From: Candidatus Kaiserbacteria bacterium
GTDB taxonomy: Bacteria > Patescibacteriota > Minisyncoccia > Phycocordibacterales > UBA2100
Direction of reading: 5' to 3'
Length of the DNA: 64,000 bases
Assembly: GCA_016214605.1 (NCBI GenBank)
Contig: JACROD010000014.1
Span: 41,074 to 105,073 of the forward strand
In this document: positions 8,641 through 19,000 of the stretch, piece by piece
How positions within the stretch are numbered: the stretch's first letter is position 1
How the letters are laid out: each line of letters opens with the position of its first letter
The notes under the pieces: model-generated
Database searches by the model: none
Seen by the model: the letters and a program-made list of their open reading frames with translations, nothing else
What the model was told of the DNA's origin: nothing
Program-made: the position numbers and the translations under genes

Positions 8641-10860
8641 CTAGAACTGTGGAATGATTGTGTGTGATGAATCGGTATTTCCCGGAAGGGTGTTTATAGG
8701 GAATGTGGCAGTGGATGTGGCGTCTGTGGTGGAGGTACTTATAGTACCTCTGACCCAGAGTTGTACTGCATAATCCCAATAAGGAAACTGAGAATCACTG
8801 TAAGGATTTCCGGTTTGTGTATTGTGTGGGTTGTCTTTTTGTACCCAATATAAAATATCATGTACTCCTCGCGAGGGGTCGGTGTTCCAATTACCGCGCA
8901 AAACAGGCGGTAGGGAATCTTCGTCTGGATCGGGGGCCGGTGGGGTAAAACGATCACTCGGATACTTTTCGGCAGCATACACCATCACATCATGCCATGG
9001 TGGCGCTACGATGAATGCCGCTATCTTTTTTACCATAGGACTATTATCGTTGTTGCCGGCCCATGCGCCGATCGCAATAGACGGTGTGTAGCCGATGACC
9101 CAAGCGTCGCGAGAGTCGTTGGTTGTTCCCGTCTTATCGGCTACGTCCATACGATGGAAATTCAACGGACTATCAACGCCGAATTCGGGGGTGCGCGCCA
9201 CATTATCGGAAAGGACATCATTGATCTGTCGTGCGACCTGTGGATCAAGAACACGTGTCGAGTTGGCTGTGTATTTTTCGAGCACATGTCCGCGATTGTC
9301 CCGTACCTCAAGGATGCCTGTAGGTGGATTCTTCACCCCATCGTTGGCGAATACACCATATGCACTCGTCATATCAAGCAAGGTCACTTCGCCGCCGCCG
9401 AGCACCAAAGTGAGTCCGTATTGATTTGGGTCGCCAAGAGTCGTGATGCCGAGAGCTTCGGCGGTATCGATCGCGTTTTGTATCCCGACAAGATAAAGGG
9501 TTTTGATCGCGGGGATGTTTTGCGATTGGGCGAGTGCGTTACGTAGACTCATGGGCCCCTTGAAATTTCCATCGTAGTTTTGTGGCGAATAACAAGGTGG
9601 TTCACCGTTAGTCACATCTTCAACTTTACACGCGGTCGAGAATTGTGTTTGCAGGTCGAATACGACAGTGTTTGGGGTGTATCCTTTTGCGAAGGCTGCC
9701 GCGTACACAAATGGTTTAAACGATGACCCTGGTTGGCGATGGGCAACAGTAATATTTACTTGGCCGTCGATGTTGTCATTGAAGTACTCTTTGGAGCCGA
9801 CCATAGTGAGGATCTGTCCGGTCTTCGGATCGATCGCCACAAGGCCCATATTTGAGGCGTTGAAGTTGTTTTGCATGGCAGGTGCATATGATCGTATGAC
9901 CGATTCGGCCTTTTGTTGCAAATCATAATCAAGAGTGGTGATCACACGGAGTCCGTCGTTGTTTACCGCATCGACACCGTATTTTTTCTCAAGATACTCT
10001 CTCACAAAGAATACAAAATGCGGCGCTTTGATTCCGGCTTCTTTTTCACTCGTGAATTCGACCTTTTCACCTTTGGCGGCCCGGTATTCTTCTTCGGTTA
10101 TATAGCCTAAAACCTTCATTCTTTGGAGTACAAGATTTTTACGTATGTCGAGTGCGGCGCGGTTGTTGCCGTATGGTGAATAATAAGTGGGTGCCTGCGG
10201 GATCGCGGCTATATATGCTGCCTGTGCAAGATCGACATCTTTTGCGTCGAGACCGAAGAAGTATTGGGTCGCCTCCTGTACTCCATAGATTGTGCCGCCG
10301 TACGGGGATTCGTTGAGGTAGGCGCTGAGGATCTGTTCTTTTGAGTATGTGCGCGTGAGGCGTAGTGCAAGAATGATCTCTTGAAGTTTGCGAAGAATGG
10401 TTTTATTTTGGGACAAAAGGGCATTCTTGACGACCTGTTGAGTGATCGTCGAGCCGCCCTGCTCGTATGATCCACTGAACAAGTCCACCAGCATGGCGCG
10501 CGCAAACGAGAGGGGACGAAATCCGGCGTTGGTGTAAAAAGAGGAATCTTCGATCGACACAGTCGCTTTTTGAATATAAGGAGAAATATCTTCTATAGGG
10601 ACCGAGGTGCGGCGAACCGACCCGTGTACATCGTAGAGCACGATATTACCGGTACGATCGTATATTTTTGTCGATTCGGAGACCTGTCGCGCCTCGAAGT
10701 TGTCTATAGAGGGGATCGGCATGATAGCAGCCCACACAAGCATGACGCCGAAGAAAAAGAGAAATAACGCGAAACTTCCTATGATCGCGAGCTTGAGCCA
10801 CTGAAAAGCGTTATTTTGGGCCATTTTTTTAGCTGGTACAAATCGTCGTAATCTGTGCAT
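8641..10860 (-). CDS. class A penicillin-binding protein (glycosyltransferase + transpeptidase)
   Basis: 739 aa; N-terminal TM helix, GT51 motifs (EDSSFY, GGSTITQQ), transpeptidase SxxK (GSSFKPF). Confidence 0.85.
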   Translation of the reverse strand: MHRLRRFVPAKKMAQNNAFQWLKLAIIGSFALFLFFFGVMLVWAAIMPIPSIDNFEARQVSESTKIYDRTGNIVLYDVHGSVRRTSVPIEDISPYIQKATVSIEDSSFYTNAGFRPLSFARAMLVDLFSGSYEQGGSTITQQVVKNALLSQNKTILRKLQEIILALRLTRTYSKEQILSAYLNESPYGGTIYGVQEATQYFFGLDAKDVDLAQAAYIAAIPQAPTYYSPYGNNRAALDIRKNLVLQRMKVLGYITEEEYRAAKGEKVEFTSEKEAGIKAPHFVFFVREYLEKKYGVDAVNNDGLRVITTLDYDLQQKAESVIRSYAPAMQNNFNASNMGLVAIDPKTGQILTMVGSKEYFNDNIDGQVNITVAHRQPGSSFKPFVYAAAFAKGYTPNTVVFDLQTQFSTACKVEDVTNGEPPCYSPQNYDGNFKGPMSLRNALAQSQNIPAIKTLYLVGIQNAIDTAEALGITTLGDPNQYGLTLVLGGGEVTLLDMTSAYGVFANDGVKNPPTGILEVRDNRGHVLEKYTANSTRVLDPQVARQINDVLSDNVARTPEFGVDSPLNFHRMDVADKTGTTNDSRDAWVIGYTPSIAIGAWAGNNDNSPMVKKIAAFIVAPPWHDVMVYAAEKYPSDRFTPPAPDPDEDSLPPVLRGNWNTDPSRGVHDILYWVQKDNPHNTQTGNPYSDSQFPYWDYAVQLWVRGTISTSTTDATSTATFPINTLPGNTDSSHTIIPQF

Positions 10861-11115
10861 AACGTGTGGATATTGTACCGCTGATTTGGTGTTTTGGGCA
10901 ATGGGGCTTGTGAGTATGATCGGAAGTCTGCGGAGAATTTTGTTGCTGCGGAACTCGCTCTGGTGAGCTCAAACAGGTCGGTCACTCCTGTGCCCGACAC
11001 GGTAGTGAATGATTTGTATCTAATGTAGCATTACTTAACTCTAGTAAGAGTTGGACAAATTTGACTTGTCTTTATCACCAGTCCTCGCTGCCAAAATTCT
11101 CCGCGGACTTCCGAT

Positions 11116-11592
11116 CTACGTTGTTCGTGAGTGAGCTAAATGAGTCACTCCGACGGCGATCGCATCGTATTCATCATCATGTTTGATTTCTTTGTCTATT
11201 TTGAGCAATATTTTAAGCATTCGTGCCACTGTCGTTTTGTCGGCGCCCCCATATCCTGTTGATGCGTTCTTGATCTGTCCAGGGGTGTATTCAAAGACGG
11301 GGATATTGGCGAGTGCTGCAGTATTGAGTAGGGCACCGCGCACCTCAGCGACCTTCATGGCGGTCTTTTGGTTGTTTGTGAAGTAGAGTCGCTCCATCGC
11401 CACGTGGTCAGGGGTGTGCTCGCGCATGAGTCGCGCGCATCCGTCGGCGACTGCCGCGAGTCGGTCGGTAAACTCATCTTTGGGGGAGGTCTCGATACAG
11501 TCGGAATAGAGATATATCTCGCGACCATCCACCTTTTCCACAATAGCCACCCCGCAGCGGCCGTAGCCAGGATCAATTCCAAGGACTTTCAT
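11116..11592 (-). CDS. ruvC: Holliday junction resolvase RuvC
   Basis: 158 aa; MKVLGIDPGYGRCGVAI… RNase H-like fold with catalytic acidic residues. Confidence 0.9.
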   Translation of the reverse strand: MKVLGIDPGYGRCGVAIVEKVDGREIYLYSDCIETSPKDEFTDRLAAVADGCARLMREHTPDHVAMERLYFTNNQKTAMKVAEVRGALLNTAALANIPVFEYTPGQIKNASTGYGGADKTTVARMLKILLKIDKEIKHDDEYDAIAVGVTHLAHSRTT

Positions 11593-11661
11593 AGGGGAAT
11601 TGTAGCAGGGTATGGAATGTTAGGTCTCGCGGACGCAAACACCTTGTGATAATGTCAATTA

Positions 11662-13119
11662 ATGTTTGATCCAGTAAAATTACTCCAATTTGTTCTAGGT
11701 CTTCCAAAAGAGACTGAATATCTCGAATTTAAAGAGAATAATCTGAGTGAAAAGACATTGGGTGAACTGATTTCTGCGATATCGAACGCGGCGTGTTTGT
11801 GTGATGTTGAATATGGATATGTTGTGTACGGAATAGAAGATTCCACTCATACAGTAGTTGGTACAAAACTCAAACCAAGATCAATAAAGATAGGGGGTGA
11901 GGATATGGAGCTTTGGCTACAAAAAATGCTCGACCCGTCCATTAACTTTGAAATATTTGAACTTGATTTCAATGGGATGCCTGTGGTTATTTTTAAAATA
12001 CCAGCGGCAACAGAGCGGCCGTTACGATTTCAGAGCCAATCCTATATTCGAATAGGTAGTAATATGCGTAACCTAAAAGAATTTCCTGAAAAAGAAGCAA
12101 TTATTTGGAATAAAGCAAGAAATCGTTTTTTTGAAAAACTTGAAGCCATCCCAAATCTCTCGGAGGATGAGGTTTTAAAATTACTCGATTACCCAAGTTA
12201 TTTCAGACTTACAGACCAGTCATTACCAGGAAACCCAAGTGGGATATTAGATTTTCTAATTAAAGAAGGTTTTGTTAAGCAAGAAGACGGAACTGGATAT
12301 GCGGTTACAAATCTGGGGGCAATTTTATTTGCAAATGACCTGAGTCAATTTCCATCACTAAAAAGAAAGGCCGCTAGAGTTGTTGTTTATGAGGGGATGG
12401 ATAGGACGAAAACAGTAAAAGATCGTGAAGGTAAGCGTGGGTACGCGGTAGGGTTTGAAAATCTTATTGAGTTTATTAATGACCAACTTCCTTCTAATGA
12501 GGAGATTGAAAAAGCACTGCGTGTCCAAAGAAAGATGTATCCAGAAATAGCAATTCGCGAGCTCGTCGCGAACGCACTTATTCATCAGGATCTTACTGAG
12601 CGTGGTACAGGACCATCCTTCGAAATATTTAGTGATCGAATTGAAATTAGTAATCCCGGTAGGCCGCTCATTGAGGTGGATAGGTTCCTTGACCATAAGC
12701 CACAATCTCGTAATGAACAACTTGCAGCCTTTCTGCGGCGGATAGGTGTTTGCGAAGAGCGTGGGAGTGGGATTGATAAGGTCTTTAAATCTATCGAAGT
12801 GTTTCAGTTACCCGCACCTAAATTTGATGTCAATGATAAATACCTAAATGTGATACTTTTCGCTCCTCAAGATGTTAGAGAAATGAGCAAGGAAGATAGA
12901 ATTCGAGCATGTTTTCAGCATGCATGTCTTCGCCATGTCTCAAATGAAACCATGACAAATGCTTCATTAAGAGAAAGATTCAAACTCTCGGATAGTAAAA
13001 CTGATAGTGTCTTTGCATCCAATATTATATCTGAAGCGATTAAAGCTGGAAAAATTAAGTTATTAGGGGATGATCCAAACGCTAGAAAATCTGCAAAATA
13101 TGGCCCACCCTGGGCTTAA
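11662..13119 (+). CDS. Schlafen/AlbA_2-like divergent AAA ATPase with C-terminal HATPase_c_4-like domain (COG2865-type predicted regulator)
   Basis: 485 aa; clearly AT-rich compared with flanks; inserted on the opposite strand between ruvC and yebC. Confidence 0.55.
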   Translation: MFDPVKLLQFVLGLPKETEYLEFKENNLSEKTLGELISAISNAACLCDVEYGYVVYGIEDSTHTVVGTKLKPRSIKIGGEDMELWLQKMLDPSINFEIFELDFNGMPVVIFKIPAATERPLRFQSQSYIRIGSNMRNLKEFPEKEAIIWNKARNRFFEKLEAIPNLSEDEVLKLLDYPSYFRLTDQSLPGNPSGILDFLIKEGFVKQEDGTGYAVTNLGAILFANDLSQFPSLKRKAARVVVYEGMDRTKTVKDREGKRGYAVGFENLIEFINDQLPSNEEIEKALRVQRKMYPEIAIRELVANALIHQDLTERGTGPSFEIFSDRIEISNPGRPLIEVDRFLDHKPQSRNEQLAAFLRRIGVCEERGSGIDKVFKSIEVFQLPAPKFDVNDKYLNVILFAPQDVREMSKEDRIRACFQHACLRHVSNETMTNASLRERFKLSDSKTDSVFASNIISEAIKAGKIKLLGDDPNARKSAKYGPPWA

Positions 13120-13211
13120 TTTAAGTAATCTCTAAGGTAGAGTACTGGGCATTTTCCTTATTTATAGCCATATTTTATTTAATCTTAAAGTAGAGTGGTA
13201 TATCGGCGACA

Positions 13212-13751
13212 ATGTTCACTATGATCGAATACACCCATAAAATAAGCACTCGTGCGCGGGGGATGCGGATCTCTGTGGGGGTGGATGGGGGAGTAGTGGT
13301 CACTACGCCGCGGTTTGTGACCGTCGGCATGATCGATCGTTTTGTGACCAAACACACCGACTGGATATCGCGGCATGTGGCGCGGGCGCGGTTGCGCACG
13401 GTGATGCGGATACCACACAAGGATGTGGTAGTGATCAAGAAGCAGGCGCTCGAGCTCGCAGAAAGCCGCTGTGCGCATTTTGCAAGGCATTACGGCCTGG
13501 CATACAAAAGGATATCGATTCGTGCGCAGAAGTCACGGTGGGGGAGTTGTTCGGCGGCGGGGAACCTCAGCTTCAACTACAAGATCGCGATCATCCCGCG
13601 ACATTTGGCCGACTATGTCGTGGTGCATGAGATCTGCCACCTCGCGCACATGAACCATTCAAAAAAATTCTGGGATCTGGTCGCACAGACGATGCCGGAT
13701 CACCGCGAACTCCGCAAAGAGCTGCGCCGGATGCATGTGGTGGTCGACTGA
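13212..13751 (+). CDS. DUF45/YgjP-like zinc metallohydrolase (M48/WLM-like)
   Basis: 179 aa; HExxH motif HEICHLAHMNHSKKFW. Confidence 0.7.
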   Translation: MFTMIEYTHKISTRARGMRISVGVDGGVVVTTPRFVTVGMIDRFVTKHTDWISRHVARARLRTVMRIPHKDVVVIKKQALELAESRCAHFARHYGLAYKRISIRAQKSRWGSCSAAGNLSFNYKIAIIPRHLADYVVVHEICHLAHMNHSKKFWDLVAQTMPDHRELRKELRRMHVVVD

Positions 13752-13754
13752 TTG

Positions 13755-14288
13755 TTACTCCGCATTGGTGTACACTTCCTCGACATCATCATGATTGTCG
13801 AGCTCGTCCATTATTTTCATGAGCGCTTCGTTGTCGGTCTCAGAGAGGGGGACGGTGGTCTGTGCGTCATAAGTGCCGTCGGGTAGGCGCGCGAATGCCC
13901 ACGCGGCAGATCCCAGGCCAGCGAGTGCGAGGCCATTTTTTGTCAGAATATGCTTTACATCCTGTGCAGTGCGATTTCTATTATCAGTGAGTGCGCTGAT
14001 GATGATCGCGGCACCTCCCGGACCATAGGATTCGTAGACGACGGATTCCAAGGTGCCTGAGTCGGTCGATACGCCCTTGGCGACGGCGGCCATGATCTTG
14101 TCCTTAGGCATGTTGATCTGACGCGCCTTCTCGATGACACTGCGGAGACCTACCGCATTTACGTCACCCTTGGCGGCCTTGGATTCGACGATGATGCGGC
14201 GCGCGAGCTTGCCAAAAGCATTACTCTTGGCGGCATCCGCCGCACCCTTCTGCCTTTTTATCTGCGACCATTTGTTGTGCCCGGACAT
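13755..14288 (-). CDS. yebC: YebC/PmpR-family transcriptional regulator (short form)
   Basis: N-terminus MSGHNKWSQIKRQKGAADAAK typical of YebC; sits in ruv operon context. Confidence 0.75.
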   Translation of the reverse strand: MSGHNKWSQIKRQKGAADAAKSNAFGKLARRIIVESKAAKGDVNAVGLRSVIEKARQINMPKDKIMAAVAKGVSTDSGTLESVVYESYGPGGAAIIISALTDNRNRTAQDVKHILTKNGLALAGLGSAAWAFARLPDGTYDAQTTVPLSETDNEALMKIMDELDNHDDVEEVYTNAE

Positions 14289-14386
14289 AGGGATAGTAGT
14301 TAGCCACTAGGGTATAGGGATTAGTTGAGAAATGCAACTGTAAAAATTACACCACGTCTCAAAAATCCAAAACAATGCTTTTGATT

Positions 14387-15400
14387 TTAGATTAACGTTT
14401 TTTGCGAGCGTGGTGGCTCCACTCCGATATGCTCATAGCCCTTAGGGGTGACGATGCGGCCGCGCGGCGTTCTTTCTAAAAGTCCGGCTTGGATGAGGTA
14501 GGGTTCGTTGACCTCTTCGATCGTGGCCTCCTCCTCGGAGAGCGCGGCCGCTATGGTCTTGAGCCCGACCGGACCGCCGTTAAACTTCTCGGCGATCGTA
14601 CTGAGGATATCGCGGTCGGTTTGATTGAGTCCGATCTCGTCGATCTCAAGGAGCGCGAGCGCCTTTTTGATCGTCTTGATGTTGAGTGGCTCGCCCGAGA
14701 CCTCGGCAAAATCGCGTGCGCGCTTGAGGAGATAATTCGCCGTGCGCGGCGTCGCACGGCTGCGGCGCGCGATTTCCATTGAAGATTCTTCATCCACGGC
14801 GATATCAAGGATCTTTGCACTGCGGCGCAGTATCTCGGCGATCTCTTTGTCGCTGTAGTAGGCGAGGCGAAATGTCCCGCCGGAGAATCGACTGCGCAGT
14901 GGTGCGGAGAGGAGTGAGATGCGCGTGGTCGCTGCAATGAGGGTAAATGGTGGCAGCTCAAGCTGTACAGTGCGTGCGGCCGGCCCCTTACCGATCACAA
15001 TGTCGAGTACCCCGGCCTCCATGGCGGGATAGAGGACCTCCTCGATCATGCGATTGAGGCGGTGGATCTCATCGATAAAGAGTACGTCGCCGGGTGAAAG
15101 ATTGGTGAGGATCGATGCGAGGTCGCCGACACGCTCGATCGCGGGACCTGATGTGGAGCGGAGGGACGCACCGACTTCTTTGGATATGAGGTGGGCGAGC
15201 GTGGTCTTGCCGAGGCCCGGCGGACCATAGAGGAGGATATGCTCAGACTGTTGGGAGCGGCCTTTGGCGGCTTGCAGGAGGATGCGGAGGTTCTCTTTGA
15301 TGGTGGTTTGGCCGACGTACTCACCCCAGATCGAGGGCCGTAATGCTTGATCTAATGACCGTGGACTCTTGGAGGGTGGGGTATGGGGGGAGGGAACCAT
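14387..15400 (-). CDS. ruvB: Holliday junction branch-migration ATPase RuvB
   Basis: 337 aa; Walker A LLYGPPGLGKTTLA, RuvB-like AAA+. Confidence 0.95.
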   Translation of the reverse strand: MVPSPHTPPSKSPRSLDQALRPSIWGEYVGQTTIKENLRILLQAAKGRSQQSEHILLYGPPGLGKTTLAHLISKEVGASLRSTSGPAIERVGDLASILTNLSPGDVLFIDEIHRLNRMIEEVLYPAMEAGVLDIVIGKGPAARTVQLELPPFTLIAATTRISLLSAPLRSRFSGGTFRLAYYSDKEIAEILRRSAKILDIAVDEESSMEIARRSRATPRTANYLLKRARDFAEVSGEPLNIKTIKKALALLEIDEIGLNQTDRDILSTIAEKFNGGPVGLKTIAAALSEEEATIEEVNEPYLIQAGLLERTPRGRIVTPKGYEHIGVEPPRSQKTLI

Positions 15401-15488
15401 AAGAGAGAAAAAGGAGAAAAGCTATTGACTTTTCTATTTGGTATGATAAACTACTGCCTAGCTCACTAAAAACACAAAAAACGAAAAA

Positions 15489-15630
15489 ACAGGTGTGCGA
15501 TTCTCTCAACGATCGTGTCATCACCCAGGACGGCGGCAGTATGCCGCCCCGCGGAATTTTACTTCCCCTATCCTGAGGTCATGGCGCAGCTTTTCATGCA
15601 AAAGTGTCGTTGAGAGAATCGCGCACCTGT
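15489..15630. repeat. long-range inverted repeat (24-bp arms, one G-U-compatible mismatch, about 94-nt interior with inner hairpin)
   Basis: acaggtgtgcgattctctcaacga at 15489-15512 pairs with 15607-15630; flanked by A-run 5' and T-run 3'. Confidence 0.8.
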
Positions 15631-15696
15631 TTTAAAAAACAACTATCCACAAGATATCACCCAAGTGTGTGCGCTCAAAGTGATATTTATGGTGTG

Positions 15697-15864
15697 ATGG
15701 AGGAAGGGATGTTCTATATCTCGCTAGGGACAGCATTGTTGGGTGCCTATCTCGCAGGGATTTCTTACAGACAGAAAAAAGTGAATCCTTGGGTAGTGGG
15801 CATTGGACCCGTTTTGGTGTTTATCGGTAGTTTTGGAGCTAGTTTTTTTCGATACTCCTTCTAA
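15697..15864 (+). CDS. small membrane protein (55 aa)
   Basis: internal ATG of track ORF 15604..15864; two hydrophobic segments; followed by a strong terminator. Confidence 0.35.
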   Translation: MEEGMFYISLGTALLGAYLAGISYRQKKVNPWVVGIGPVLVFIGSFGASFFRYSF

Positions 15865-15869
15865 ATTGC

Positions 15870-15900
15870 AAGAGGACCCGTGTGGGTCCTCTTTTTTATT
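15870..15900 (+). terminator. rho-independent terminator
   Basis: aagaggaccc-gtgt-gggtcctctt followed by TTTTT. Confidence 0.65.
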
Positions 15901-16031
15901 TCGCTTCTACCCAAAGCGTATCATCACTGAGATCCACCATCCTATCTCAAACAAGTTTGCTGTTGATAGTGAGAGACGGGTCGGCTGCGCACATGATACA
16001 CTAGGACGACCTATCAATAGGAATCATATAT

Positions 16032-19000
16032 ATGCATACATATCTACGTGCCGGATTTTTTTTATCGATCCACACCCGGTTACTGCAAATAACCCTTTTA
16101 CTTCTCATATTTGCGGGCATGATACCGCAGCTCGCCTCGGCCGCTACGTTGCAGCCCGGTGTGGATTGTGCGACTGGCGCCGCTGCGCCCCAAGCGGAAT
16201 ACTCGCTCAATGTGTCAGCCTTGCCTCTCGGTGCGTATGCGGCAAATACGCTCTCGCCCGACTTCACCAATGCCGCCGGGTCGGTGCTCGCAAACTCCTT
16301 TTGGACAGCCTCATCGACCAAATATGCCGTGTCCGCCAATACGGCGCAGTCCATTCTCGCCTCGAAGTATTGCTCGCGCGATATGGAGGTCGAGACGTGG
16401 ATGCGCAAGGGATATGTGTTCCTGCGATTAACTCCCGAAGGAAAGGCAATCTACTTTAATATCGACTATGATAATAGTTATTTGGCGGTCGGTATTGCGA
16501 CGAGTACCAACGAAACTGCATACTACCCTGGTGCTACGCGCACGCTCTATTTAAACAGCAATCTCGTCGGCACGATTCCGGGTTTTAGTAAGACCGGCAC
16601 CGACAACCAACGCCTCACTTTCGGTGTCGAAGGGTTCGAAATCTATGCCAAGTTCAATGGGGTGGAATTCATGCGCATCAAGGATTTCCATCATATGGCA
16701 GCGGGACGCGTAGCCCTCAAGGCGCCAGCCAACTACGGGCTCCGCTCGACGACCGTGCGCAACTTTGCCGATAAGGCGATCTTGAGCGATCTTACGGCTG
16801 GCGTGTACGATCCGCGCGACTTCGGCTTCCGCTCCATTCAAACGACCGGTTCTATCAGTGCAGGCAGCAATACGCTCACACTCGCAGGCCCGACATCTTT
16901 TGCCGTCGGCGATTTTGTGATCGTCGAGATTGGCAAGGAGCCGGGTGCGGGCATGCGCGGCACCAAAGGAGTAGGCGGCACCTGGCCGGCAAAATCGTAC
17001 CCCAACCTCACCGCCATGCAGGCAGATACATCGCAGATCGACGGCCTGTATGCTTGGCGTGAAGATACCGGAGACGTCTATCGTTTTGCATCCGCAAACT
17101 CCTCGTGGGGAAGTGCGTATACGTGGTATACGGCGGGGACACCCGCATGGGGGCAAGACTATTATTCAAAAAAGTACTATCCCGCCAAAGCGGTACCGCG
17201 TGCACTACAGGCGCGTATCACGGCGGTGAGCAACAGCGGCGCTACACTCACTCTCGACAAGCCGGCTGTCGTGTCCGTCACGAGCGCGAGCGCATATCTT
17301 GATGTCGCCCCAATTCTTAATTTCCTGGTCGGTAGGGATATTTGGTACAAGTTTGGGGGAGTGGCCGGCGACTTGCGGTCCTTTACACCCCTCAATATGA
17401 AAGTGCCTATTCCCGCAGGATCCTATGCGGTTGGCGGAAGTATTCTCACGGGTAACGAACGTACGAACAACGTGCTTTATGGCCAAGGATCAACCACCTC
17501 CACGTTATTCAGCCCCAAGGGCGTGTCCTCCGCATCAATCTGGTTCAATGGTTCAAACAATATGCTGCGCGACCTACGTCTCGTCGGCAACTTCGGTGAC
17601 AATGGTTTTGGTCTTAATTGGGCGACAAGCATCATTCCATTTGGCTACGGCCCGTCCGGGCTCGAGGTGACGTATACAAGCACCGGTGCTGTCACAGAAA
17701 CGGTGATCACGCAGGGCTTTGGCTTTCCTATTGGCATCATGATGTCCGGGGGTAATCTCACAGTGCAGGATATCAAGGTAGACAATGTGTGGTGGGCGGC
17801 GGTAGGCGCCAACTACTGCAATACCTGCTGGGCGTATCGTGTCGACAGTACGGTAAAAGACCCGTTCCAGACCTACATTCAATGGCAATTCGAGTGGGGT
17901 GATTCGACTGGTGGTGGATGCGTCGATTGTACGGTCACGAGCCCTCAATGGATCATCCCCGGCTTTGCGATGGCAAAAAGCACTAATGTGCAGTTCATCA
18001 GGCCAAAAGGCATCAACGCTGTCTTTGACGCGAACTCTGTGGGCAACTTCCTCTTTCAAGATCCTGAGACGACCATCAAATCCATGAGTCAATTTTCCAC
18101 CAGTTCTTTCTCGGCTATGGGGTGGATCATGAACATCAACACGAATCTCGATAACGCGCTTCCGGTACAAGATCGCGACAAGCGTAGCGGTCCGGGCGGC
18201 AAGATCATCAATCCACGCTTCATTGTGCAGGGTCCGATCAATAGCAGCAACAACGGTCTCGGCGCGATCGTGATTAATAACTGGAATCCTAATGTAACAA
18301 TTGAGGGTGGCTACATCGAAGGCCCAAACTGGCAGTCGCCGAGCACTATCAATACGCCGGTGGGGGTCAATTCGCAAGGCACCAGCACGGTGATCAATGG
18401 TCTTCGTGTGGTAGGTACAGTGAACCCGGCGCTCGGTCCAAAAGGAAATGTGGCTTTGGGTAAGAACGGTATCATCCGAAACTGCATCGTCGACCTCATC
18501 TTCCTGAGTGGTACTGCCAGGAAAGAAAATTGCAAAACGAATGCCGAATACGGTGCGCTCGGTATTTCCACCGGCGCTGCGCTCTGGCCGCCGCGCACGA
18601 GCATTATCCTCCAGGGATCAATCACAAGTTCGGGCAGTACGTCGACCGTGCGAGGATTCGCGTATGGTACAACCACAAAATACATGGCGACGACCACAGA
18701 ATCGGGACTGTTCGGACCGGGATCGTTTAGCGTCACTGTGCCGAATATCGTATGTGCAACCACCTATCACGCTGCGGCCTATGCGCAAAACGCAGTCGGC
18801 ATGAATTATGGCAATGACATTACGTTCGCGAGTGATCCATGCACTCCTTCGGCAGCCGCCACGTCAAGCGGCCAGGTCCTCGGTGTCTCGATAACAGACA
18901 CATCACTGGTCGATACTTCTTGCAAGATTGATCGAATGCTTTCCCGGGGAACTCACGGACCGGCAGTGACATGCCTCCAAAAGACGCTTGTCGCGCAAAA

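Noticed and set aside
15803-16459. 218-aa ORF overlapping the start of the 1049-aa secreted-protein gene
   Set aside because: It is out of frame with 16032..19181, which has a signal peptide and a coherent domain structure. It has no recognisable features and crosses a rho-independent terminator at 15870-15900.
17574-18377. 267-aa minus-strand ORF inside the 16032..19181 gene (similar antisense ORFs at 24012..24716, 32462..33016, 36019..36801, 8992..9546)
   Set aside because: Long antisense open frames are expected in GC-rich coding DNA. None has a recognisable family, and all are fully contained within strongly supported genes.
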